DNA from: Candidatus Sericytochromatia bacterium
Lineage (GTDB): Bacteria; Cyanobacteriota; Sericytochromatia; S15B-MN24; JAQBPE01
Reading direction: 5' to 3'
Assembly (NCBI GenBank): GCA_040400605.1
Contig: JBBAPZ010000013.1
Coordinates: forward strand, 50,289-100,734
Length of the DNA stretch: 50,446 bases
Shown: in pieces, positions 1-8,255 of the stretch
Position numbering within the stretch: the stretch's first letter is position 1
Layout: each line of letters begins with the position of its first letter
Position numbers and translations under genes: made by a program
Notes under the pieces: generated by a model
The model's database searches: none
The model's input: the letters and a program-made list of their open reading frames with translations, nothing else
What the model was told of the DNA's origin: nothing

Positions 1-1091
1 TCCATCTGTTGCAGAATGACCCTGATGTCTTCCACAAAGGTTGCGGGTTTATCAATCGCAGTGATCTCAAAGTAATCGTGTATGGTTGGGATCATCAGCA
101 TCAGCCGGTTGTCGTAAAAACTGCAGCGCAGCGTACCGCTCTCGTACGCACTTCGCAATTCCAGCAAACGGACCATAAAGCTTGGCGTCAGCAAGTAGCG
201 TGCCTCAACCTGGTCACTCGAGTAAACCTCGAATTCCCGCTCGAAAGTGGGATCCTCAAGCCGCACCGTTTCAAGCCGAAATGAGGCACCCAGGCGTTTC
301 AGCGAGTTGCCGATCACGCCGTGATCCTTCACGATGATCGTGTGTCCCTCAAAGCGCTTGTGGATGTCAAGCAAGACAATCATGCCTTTGAAGACCGTGA
401 TGGTTTTGCGTTTCTTTCCTTCTTTTTTTGTTTGGGTGAGGTACGCCTCCATCAACTCGAGACCAACACCCTTGTACGTCCCTGTGATGTGATCCTCGGT
501 GCGAGCGTTGTCATGGGCCGGAATGATGCCAGACGGCTTCAGGGAACGAATCGAGAGCGGGCTGCGCGCACTGAAGCGGAAATCGTCACCGAAAAATTTG
601 AGCACCTCCGGCACGAGGGTGTCTTTTGCGGTGGCGCGGTAGGCGCGCACAGGACCGCTGGCCCACCAGTACATCCCCCCCACAAGGAGTACCCACAGCC
701 CGAAGATTCCTTCGCCGCTTTCCTGTGCATTCCGGCGCCTCCGTGCTTGACGGTGATCGTTTCGCACTTCACGTGTATGGGTTTGCAGGCCGGTTTGACG
801 GTGGGTGTTTCGACTTTCATACGAAACGGTCTGCCTGTTCGCCTGATGATGGTTGTTCTGGCTGCATTGTCCCAGTGCCAGGCACAAGATGCTGATGCCA
901 ATCGCTGGCAAGATGAGCTGGCGGGTGCGCTTTTGCGCCTCGCGCATCGCGGCGACGCGCTTTTCTTCGAGGCGCTCCAGGTGTGGGCGAATGAACCGCC
1001 GGTAATGCGCCTTGAACGACCTTCGCGCATCGGGGGGATCCTCAAATTCGGCATCGATGTCTGATTGGACGATTTTTTTTAAGAAAAACAT
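1..1091 (-). CDS. DUF3137-like membrane protein (3' end runs off window)
   Basis: Not in the ORF track; translated by hand from ATG at 1091 (MFFLKKIVQSDIDAEFEDPP...). Has two hydrophobic segments and the motif VRLEDPTFEREFEVYSSDQVEARYLLTPSFMVRL, matching the two neighbouring paralogues. No stop before position 1. Confidence 0.85.
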   Translation of the reverse strand, partial: MFFLKKIVQSDIDAEFEDPPDARRSFKAHYRRFIRPHLERLEEKRVAAMREAQKRTRQLILPAIGISILCLALGQCSQNNHHQANRQTVSYESRNTHRQTGLQTHTREVRNDHRQARRRRNAQESGEGIFGLWVLLVGGMYWWASGPVRAYRATAKDTLVPEVLKFFGDDFRFSARSPLSIRSLKPSGIIPAHDNARTEDHITGTYKGVGLELMEAYLTQTKKEGKKRKTITVFKGMIVLLDIHKRFEGHTIIVKDHGVIGNSLKRLGASFRLETVRLEDPTFEREFEVYSSDQVEARYLLTPSFMVRLLELRSAYESGTLRCSFYDNRLMLMIPTIHDYFEITAIDKPATFVEDIRVILQQM

Positions 1092-1290
1092 CAGCAAAAC
1101 AACTTTCCGGGTGGCTTCACCAACGGGCGATGCTGGTTGGTTGACGTGTTACGCCGTGGATCACCGACAGGATGACCCCGAGCCGGCTGAAGGGCTTCCC
1201 GCCACTTAACCGTGATTGGCCGCGTTTGATCGCCTCGCAGGTGCGGGATGCGTTTGAAAGTGGTCTCGGACTGGCCGGTTGGCATCGCCT

Positions 1291-2805
1291 TCAGAGTCCT
1301 GTCTGCTCATGGAGTTTCAGGGTGTCAATGATCGCAAAAATCTCTTCCATCTGCTGCAGAATTTCCTTGCATTCGTTCACCAGGGTGGTGGGATGATAAA
1401 TCGTGGCAGAAGTGGGTTCCAGGCGATCGCGGGTCGAGGGAATCATCAGCAACAAGGTGTTGTCATAAAAACTGCAACGCAAACCGGTGCCCCTGAAACG
1501 CTGACCAAGTTCCAGCAACCGTTCCATAAAAGCCGGGGTCACCACGGCGCGTGCGGCCACCTGATTGGATGAATACACCTCGAATTGCCTGGCGAAAATG
1601 GGATCTTCAAGCCGCACCGGTTTTAGACGACGGAATTGGCTGAGCTGTATTCGCAACGGATCAGCGACAGCAATCGATTGGTCTGCGAACACAATGGTAT
1701 TGGCTTTAAAGCGTCGCGCCAGCTCAAAGCGAAGAACAACGCCTTTAAATACGTCGCGGGTGAAGCCTTTGGTGAGCGTGGCTTCTTGAAAGTCAAAGCG
1801 GACACCTGCGTGGGTGCCTTGCACGCCATCCTCCGTTTTTTCCCTGTCATAGTCGGGAATGATCGGCGACGGGGTCAGCGAGCGGATCGTCAGGCGATCG
1901 CCCCGTGGATGATACGCGACATCATCGCCAAAAAACGCAAACACCTTTGGAAAAACGCTTTCCTTGACAGCCGATCGGTAACGCCACAAGGGCCACTGCG
2001 ACCACGCATACAACGCGAACAGCACCCAAAACCACACAATGCCGGCAAGTGACCAATAAACAACGATGCCGGTGACCGGTATCATCGCGATCGCACCTTC
2101 AACCAGTCGTTTCTTTCCCAGCCGGAGCGTCGCCACCCGCTTCAGTTCCGCTTCTTGGACAAGCGGGATCACCACTTGCCGGTAATAGGGGCCAAAGGGT
2201 TTCGCAAGACCGGGTGGATCCTCAAACGCCTGACCCGTATCCAGTTGAAAGATGCGCCTGAAAGGCAAAATGAACAAACGCATGTGACCGATGCCAACCC
2301 CTAAGTGCACCAGAAGCGCGATGACGCCGACGACCTCCAGAACAAGCGTCAGCCAAGCCGCCAAATTCCCCACGGCGTTGCCCACGACGAGGGGGAAGGT
2401 AACCAGGAACACAGCGATGATAAAAATCCCGCCAAGCAATCCAACACCCGTGCCGACACTGGACATAACCAGGTTGAAGGCGGCCCCAACGGTCTTGATT
2501 GATGATTGCTCAACGGCCTGGGGGCGATGGGTGTCTAACGTGTTGCGAGCGGGGGCGGGCCAGCGCAAAAGGGTCCGCGGTCGGATCAGCGATTGGTAGG
2601 TGCCCGGAAACGTATTTTTGAGGACCGCCATCGCTCCCCCGACCACGTAAACAAAGATGACAGCAACAGCAAGATTTTTGAAAACTTCATCGTCGAACTG
2701 GCCGCGCAGTGACGAATCGGGGTACCAAATAAAAATGCAGAGGATCCCAAAGAAATAAATGGCCCAGCCGGCGCGCGTGATGCCCTTGTAGAATCTGGCG
2801 AACAC
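1291..2805 (-). CDS. DUF3137-like membrane protein with extra N-terminal TM helices
   Basis: 504-aa ORF with GTG start and GAGGGG RBS. Motif VRLEDPIFARQFEVYSSNQVAARAVVTPAFMERL; several N-terminal hydrophobic segments. Confidence 0.85.
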   Translation of the reverse strand: MFARFYKGITRAGWAIYFFGILCIFIWYPDSSLRGQFDDEVFKNLAVAVIFVYVVGGAMAVLKNTFPGTYQSLIRPRTLLRWPAPARNTLDTHRPQAVEQSSIKTVGAAFNLVMSSVGTGVGLLGGIFIIAVFLVTFPLVVGNAVGNLAAWLTLVLEVVGVIALLVHLGVGIGHMRLFILPFRRIFQLDTGQAFEDPPGLAKPFGPYYRQVVIPLVQEAELKRVATLRLGKKRLVEGAIAMIPVTGIVVYWSLAGIVWFWVLFALYAWSQWPLWRYRSAVKESVFPKVFAFFGDDVAYHPRGDRLTIRSLTPSPIIPDYDREKTEDGVQGTHAGVRFDFQEATLTKGFTRDVFKGVVLRFELARRFKANTIVFADQSIAVADPLRIQLSQFRRLKPVRLEDPIFARQFEVYSSNQVAARAVVTPAFMERLLELGQRFRGTGLRCSFYDNTLLLMIPSTRDRLEPTSATIYHPTTLVNECKEILQQMEEIFAIIDTLKLHEQTGL

Positions 2806-2952
2806 CTTATCCCCTCAAGCGCAAGCGTTTGTGGCAAGCGACGCGCCGAGCACAGTGGCTCGCAGACCGCGTTGCGCACATACTCCCAAGGAGTGCTTGC
2901 TGCGTGCGCTGCGCCCTCTAATGCCGGTTCGTCGTGCCTCACGCGGGTTCAT

Positions 2953-3552
2953 TCAGTTCCACGCCGAACGGCTGGTGCGCTTTTGGGGCGTGTTGAGCAA
3001 CTGGTCGGCATCGATCGGGGCACGCACCCCTTCCTCCGCCCGGAAAAAGGGCATGGCAGCAACGCCTGCCATCGCACCGATGATGGTGCCTGGGAAAATC
3101 TCCACCGCATTGTTGAGCCGCCCCACCGCGGAATTGTAGAAACGTCGCGCTGCCGCGATGTTGGCCTCCGCTTCGCTGTAGGTTTGCATGGCCTGGATCA
3201 TGACCTGATCGGACTTGAGGTCGGGATAATCCTCCACCGTGACCATCAACTGCTCCAGCTTGCCCGACAGCGCCTCCGCGGCAGCTAGATGCTCACGAAC
3301 CGCTTGGGGATCCTTGCGGTTGTAGGATTGCTTGACGCTGCTGCGCAACATCGTGATGTCCTTGAGCAAGTTTTGTTCGTGGTCCATGACTTTCTTGGCC
3401 ATTTTTAGCAGGTTGGGGATTAGATCGAACCGGAGGTTGAGCTGCACATCAATGCTTGAAAGCGCTTGGAGTGCCTCGTTCCGGCGCTTGATCACACTGA
3501 TGTACCACAGGTACAGCCCAACCAGGATCAACCCGATGATGTACATGTTCAC
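2953..3552 (-). CDS. lemA: LemA family protein
   Basis: N-terminal TM followed by SSIDVQLNLRFDLIPNL, EDYPDLKS and IAAARRFYNSAV...EIFPG, which are LemA signatures. GTG start at 3552 (or ATG at 3546) follows a GAAGGA RBS. Confidence 0.93.
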   Translation of the reverse strand: MNMYIIGLILVGLYLWYISVIKRRNEALQALSSIDVQLNLRFDLIPNLLKMAKKVMDHEQNLLKDITMLRSSVKQSYNRKDPQAVREHLAAAEALSGKLEQLMVTVEDYPDLKSDQVMIQAMQTYSEAEANIAAARRFYNSAVGRLNNAVEIFPGTIIGAMAGVAAMPFFRAEEGVRAPIDADQLLNTPQKRTSRSAWN

Positions 3553-3930
3553 GTGTGGATTTCCTTCTTGATCAGTGTCAGGTGAACCACGATCACGCCT
3601 GGTTTGACCCGCCACGCCGCGCTGTCGGCAAGTTTTTGTCGGCGGGCACGGAACCAAGGATTACCCAGTGTGGCAATCAATCGTTCACGCAAGTTATATA
3701 CCCCAATGGAAGCAAAACTTCGTTTGATGCGTCTCGACACGTCGTAAAATTTGAGAATGCGCAAAACGCCGCTGAGACCTTTGTTTGATTGTCATTCGAT
3801 TTTGAATGGAAACGGTTCGTTTTTTGGATCGACTCGTTTTTGGTGACAAGTCGATCACTTGATTTTCAGGACTTTGTGCAGTCACCCGTCGAATGCCCCC
3901 AGGAGGAAGCCGTGGAGCGCGTTGGATGTG

Positions 3931-5385
3931 TTACCTGCTTGGGTTGGGGCTTGGTTTCAGGGCGTCGATGATTCGGAAAATGTCATCCATCTGTTGCAGT
4001 ATTTCCCGCGTTTCCGGGACGAAGTCGATGGGTCGCTTGATTGAGGTCAGTTCAAAACGGTTGCGCGTTGAAGGAAGTAACAGTAACACCGTGTTGCCAA
4101 AGAAGGAACACTGCACGCGCGAGTCGTTGAACGTGTGTTTCACCTTGAGCAGCCTGTCCATCATCGTGGGTGTCAGGACGCTGCGCGCAAACACCTGGTT
4201 GCTGGCATAAACCTCAAAATTCTCTTCAAAATCGGCGCTCTCCAGTCTGACGGGTGTCATGCTGGAAAACTGGTCGCGGCGTTCCAAGGCATTGCCGATG
4301 ATCCCTTTATCAGCCGCCACGACCGTCGTTCCCGTGAAGTGCCGTTCCGTTCGGAGCACAATGAACAGGCCATGGAATACGCGCATGTCATGGTTGTCGT
4401 GTTTTTTCGATAGCGTCACTTCCACCATTTCAAGGGCCGTGCCAGCGTAGGTGCCCGCGATACAGTCCTGCTCCGCCACCGCCTCGAACTCCGGGATGAT
4501 TCCCGATGCGTCGAGGGTACGGACCCCGAAGGAACTGAACTGCCGGAAGCTGAAGTCCTCACCGAAAAATCTGCAAATCTTCGGATACATGCGGGATTTG
4601 ACGTTGTTCTGGAAAGCCCTTTCGTGTGCCCGCCGTGTCAGCCACATTTCAAGGAGGACCACCGCGAGCACGAACCAGGTGAAAGCAAAGCCGATCGCCA
4701 GCAAGCCTGATCGACTCGCCACACCGGCAACGAATCCTCCGCAACAGATAGCAGAGCTGGTCACACCATAGATGATGCAGTTGAGGGTCTTGGTTTGTGT
4801 GGCCGTCACGGCTTCCTGGCGTTGCATTTCGAGTTCCTGGATGTGTGGATGGATATGTTGTTGATAATGCGCGGCAAAGGGATTGTTGCCATCACGTGGG
4901 TCCTGACGGACCTGTGTGGGTCTGTTGTTAACTGATTGGGTTTCGGGTGCCATCGGCGGTGTGTCCGTGACGATGAATTGCCCAAGCAGGATGAGCACGG
5001 CTATGGCAGGGGTTGACAGCAAGGACAAAGGCAGATGCGTGAAGAACCATGGAGCGAACGAAAAAAATTTCCACAGGAGCACGAGAAGCACGAGGCCAGC
5101 GAAGGGAACGCCCAGCATCAAGTCATTGATCACGTGCGGGATTTTTTTGGTCCAGCCTTTTTTAAAATTGATACCTGAAGCCCAGGCCAACAAGATACCG
5201 ATCACGCCCCAAAACAGGCCGAATAACAATAAGTTTCGGGGTCGATAATGGGCCATGTCCAAAATCCAAATCAAGACTGGCTCCACAATCCAGAGTCCCA
5301 ACAACCCCAGGGCGGCAATACCCACCCAGGTTCTTGTGACCTGCCGGGTAAACCGTCTTAAACGCTGCTGCAACGAGGGGGCCAT
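3931..5385 (-). CDS. DUF3137-like membrane protein with extra N-terminal TM helices
   Basis: 484-aa ORF with AAGGAG RBS. Motif VRLESADFEENFEVYASNQVFARSVLTPTMMDRL; paralogous C-terminus to 1291-2805. Confidence 0.85.
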   Translation of the reverse strand: MAPSLQQRLRRFTRQVTRTWVGIAALGLLGLWIVEPVLIWILDMAHYRPRNLLLFGLFWGVIGILLAWASGINFKKGWTKKIPHVINDLMLGVPFAGLVLLVLLWKFFSFAPWFFTHLPLSLLSTPAIAVLILLGQFIVTDTPPMAPETQSVNNRPTQVRQDPRDGNNPFAAHYQQHIHPHIQELEMQRQEAVTATQTKTLNCIIYGVTSSAICCGGFVAGVASRSGLLAIGFAFTWFVLAVVLLEMWLTRRAHERAFQNNVKSRMYPKICRFFGEDFSFRQFSSFGVRTLDASGIIPEFEAVAEQDCIAGTYAGTALEMVEVTLSKKHDNHDMRVFHGLFIVLRTERHFTGTTVVAADKGIIGNALERRDQFSSMTPVRLESADFEENFEVYASNQVFARSVLTPTMMDRLLKVKHTFNDSRVQCSFFGNTVLLLLPSTRNRFELTSIKRPIDFVPETREILQQMDDIFRIIDALKPSPNPSR

Positions 5386-5752
5386 CCGTCACGCTCCTTG
5401 GTGTTTTAATGACGCGATGCAAGGCTCCCGATCTGTCGACAGGTTGGCGGGGATGTGAAAATCCACCCGGATCGAAGCAAGCCTGGTTGTTCTGGGGACC
5501 GCAGGTTTTTTATTCCCCGGTGTCGCGGGTGTTAACGACAGGTGGCTACCCTGAAGCGGTTCGTCAACGACACGGCACGACGTATTCGCTGATGGCTCGT
5601 TAAACCCTTTTTGTGACGCGCCCTCAGCCGTAACCCAACCTGTCCGCGGTTGTGCCGATGTCCTCCGGCTGCGGTCTTAAGGCCGTCTGAACGGTGAAAC
5701 GGGGGGCGGTCTGTTTGCATCGTTGAATACCGGAGAATAACAGGACTACGCA

Positions 5753-5904
5753 GTGTCTACTTTGGCGGGTTCTGCCACGTGGGGGTACAAGGATGGCCTG
5801 GGCGCAGCTGCCCGATTTGACGATCCTTGTGGAATGACGATCGTCGCGATGGCAACCTTGATGTGGCAGACAGCACCAATCATTGCATTCGCATGCTTCA
5901 GTGA
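5753..5904 (+). pseudogene. Frameshifted remnant of an NHL-repeat gene
   Basis: VSTLAGSATWGYKDGLGAAARFDDPCGMTI, then a frame change to RDGNLDVADSTNHCIRMLQ*. Joined, these give one textbook NHL repeat. Confidence 0.7.
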
Positions 5905-5929
5905 CATATTTTCTGAGAGACCGGGTGTT

Positions 5930-6079
5930 GAAATTTCCCGTTTGCGTTTTCAGGCTTCAGCCGTTTGAGGCGATTCCTCCCCTGCTCAGGATGTTTCACC
6001 CCGGATCGTCCGGTCCCTTGAAACAGGCGAGCGATCCTGAGCCGCCAACCAGAATGGCTGACCGAACCCGAAGGGTTTC
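5930..6079. ncRNA. Candidate structured RNA (long nested hairpin)
   Basis: Nested complementary pairs: 5957-5965/6053-6061, 5969-5972/6043-6046, 5984-5992/6034-6042, 5993-5998/6019-6024, 6001-6005/6009-6013. Family not recognised. Confidence 0.4.
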
Positions 6080-6137
6080 TTTATTTTCCACCGATGGTTG
6101 GGCATAATGGGCGCATCCTCCCGCGAAAGGCGTTGTC

Positions 6138-6791
6138 ATGGCTCACGATATGTCCACACTCCCGCAACTGCATCTCATCGACCACCCCTTGGCGCGCCAT
6201 GCCCTGACGGGTCTGCGCCGTAGCGACACCACCAGTGCAGTCTTTCGCACGCGCTTGCGCGAACTCGCCCGCTTTGTGGCGATCGCCGCCACCAGCGATC
6301 TCGCACTCACCCCCACCCGCATCACCACGCCGGTCACGACCATCGACACCGGCGAAACACTGGCTCATTCACTCATTATCGCCCCCGTGCTTCGCGCCGG
6401 CCTCGCCATGGCCGATGGGGTGCTGGATGTCTGCCCGGACGCGGAAGTCAGACATATTGGCCTGCACAGGGATGAAAAGACCCTGCTGCCAGCCACTTAC
6501 TACACTAACTTGCCAGAAGTCATCAATCCCACTGCCACCGTGCTCATCGTTGACCCGATGCTCGCAACCGGCGGTTCGGCCTGCGCAGCCGTGGCCTGTT
6601 TCAAACAACGCGGGGCGAAACATATTCGCTTCCTGAGCGTCATCTCAGCCCCTGAAGGTGTGTCAACACTGTCCCAGGCGCACCCGGATGTGCCCATTTA
6701 CACCATCAACGTTGACCAGTGTCTGAACGAACACGGCTTCATCGTGCCCGGACTTGGTGACGCGGGCGATCGCGCCTTCGGAACCCTCTAA
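6138..6791 (+). CDS. upp: Uracil phosphoribosyltransferase
   Basis: PVLRAGL, PRPP-binding motif VDPMLATGGS, and C-terminal GFIVPGLGDAGDRAFGT. Confidence 0.97.
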   Translation: MAHDMSTLPQLHLIDHPLARHALTGLRRSDTTSAVFRTRLRELARFVAIAATSDLALTPTRITTPVTTIDTGETLAHSLIIAPVLRAGLAMADGVLDVCPDAEVRHIGLHRDEKTLLPATYYTNLPEVINPTATVLIVDPMLATGGSACAAVACFKQRGAKHIRFLSVISAPEGVSTLSQAHPDVPIYTINVDQCLNEHGFIVPGLGDAGDRAFGTL

Positions 6792-8029
6792 TGACCCAAC
6801 CCCTGCGTGTTGAAATCCTCTGTATCGGCTCTGAACTGCTCAAGGGCCGCATCACCAACACCAACGCCACCACCCTCGCGCAAGCCCTCCTGCGTTCAGG
6901 CGCCGACCTGCAATGGGTCACGACCGTGGGCGATGACCTTGACTTGATGGTTTTAGCCATCACCCACGCCCTCACCCGCGTGGACTTACTTATCCTCACA
7001 GGCGGCCTCGGCCCCACTCCGGATGACTTGACCGTCGAAGCGCTGGCACGTGTCTGGGGAGAACCCCTCATTGAGTACCCCGAAGCCCTTGCCCATTTGC
7101 AGCTCTGGTTCGCTTCCCGCAACCGCGCCATGTCCCCCTCCAACCTCAAACAAACCCTGTTCCCCGCCTCCGCCACCTTGATTCCCAACCCCTCTGGCAC
7201 CGCCTGCGGTGTGGCCTTGGAACGTGACGGCAAGCAAGTCTGGGCTTTCCCGGGCGTCCCTTCCGAACTGCGCCTCATGTGGGACACCTGGGCCCTGGCG
7301 CAAATGCGAAGCCTCACAGACACCATCATCCAATCCGTGCTTTTGCGCTACGCGGGCATCGGGGAGTCGGTGCTCGCTGAGCGCTTCGCTGAATTTCTCA
7401 GAGGCGAGAATCCCACCGTGGCCCCTTATGCCGGCAATGGCGAGGTGAGCTTGCTCGTCACCGCCCAGGGTCAGGACGCGCAGGTGGTGGATGCTTTGCT
7501 CGCCGATGCGATCGCCCCCCTCACAGCCATTCCTGAATTCTTTGGCCGAGACGAACAAACCCTACCCGCAATTGTCGCGCAGGGCTTGCGTTCTCGCTCC
7601 CTGACTCTGGCCGTCGCGGAATCGTGTACCGGTGGCCTACTCGCGAGCCGCCTCACCGACGTTCCAGGCGCCAGCCAGTGGCTGATGGGCGGCATCGTCG
7701 CCTATACCGAGGGGCAAAAAAGACAGTTACTGGGTGTTGACGATGTGGCACTCGCTGAGGGTGTGGTTAGCGAGGCCGTCGCCATCGCCATGGCCCGCGG
7801 TGTCAGGACCCTGATGGGCACCACCTATGGCATCGGGATCACCGGTTATGCGTCCGCTGGGTCAGGCGTCCCCTCTGACGATGTGGGGCTCGTCTGGATG
7901 GCCATCGATGGCCCGGCAGGCCCTGTGACCTTTTCGTCGCGCTTCGGATCTGGCGTGCAGCGAGAAGTCCTCAAGTATCGCGCCACCCAGGTCGTACTGG
8001 ATCGCTTGCGGCACTTGCTAACCCGCTAG
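6791..8029 (+). CDS. cinA: Competence/damage-inducible protein CinA (MoCF-like domain + PncC NMN deamidase domain)
   Basis: IGSELLKGRITNTNA, TGGLGPTPDDLT, PGVPSE and AVAESCTGG motifs. Translationally coupled to upp via TAATG. Confidence 0.95.
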   Translation: MTQPLRVEILCIGSELLKGRITNTNATTLAQALLRSGADLQWVTTVGDDLDLMVLAITHALTRVDLLILTGGLGPTPDDLTVEALARVWGEPLIEYPEALAHLQLWFASRNRAMSPSNLKQTLFPASATLIPNPSGTACGVALERDGKQVWAFPGVPSELRLMWDTWALAQMRSLTDTIIQSVLLRYAGIGESVLAERFAEFLRGENPTVAPYAGNGEVSLLVTAQGQDAQVVDALLADAIAPLTAIPEFFGRDEQTLPAIVAQGLRSRSLTLAVAESCTGGLLASRLTDVPGASQWLMGGIVAYTEGQKRQLLGVDDVALAEGVVSEAVAIAMARGVRTLMGTTYGIGITGYASAGSGVPSDDVGLVWMAIDGPAGPVTFSSRFGSGVQREVLKYRATQVVLDRLRHLLTR

Positions 8030-8255
8030 CGGTCACCGGCGTTGGACCCCCATTCTGCGCCCTCCGGACTGTTGAGTTGGCCTGTGTTCATGGTAAATTT
8101 CATGGTGAATGAACGGTGAGACAGCGGGCCGCAGGCGGTGAGACATGGGATGCTGCGCCACCCGAAAAGGGCAAGGTAGCGTGCAAGGGCTTGCTTTCTG
8201 CGACTGGGTCGTTGTCAGGAAGCGTGTGCCGGTATCGCGTTGAAAGGGAAGTGAC

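Noticed and set aside
2953..3552. Magnetosome gene mamQ (LemA family) with an actin-like mamK
   Set aside because: No other mam genes are present, and the actin-fold protein is FtsA-like and 40 kb away.
5688..5712. GGTGAAACGGGGGGCGGT, reminiscent of an RNase P RNA segment
   Set aside because: The universal GAGGAAAGTCC and 3' AGAACCCGGCTTA-like elements are absent.
5920..6080. FMN, TPP or c-di-AMP riboswitch interpretation of the hairpin
   Set aside because: Only short fragments (GGGGTGAAA, CCGAACCCG) match; the remaining consensus blocks are missing.
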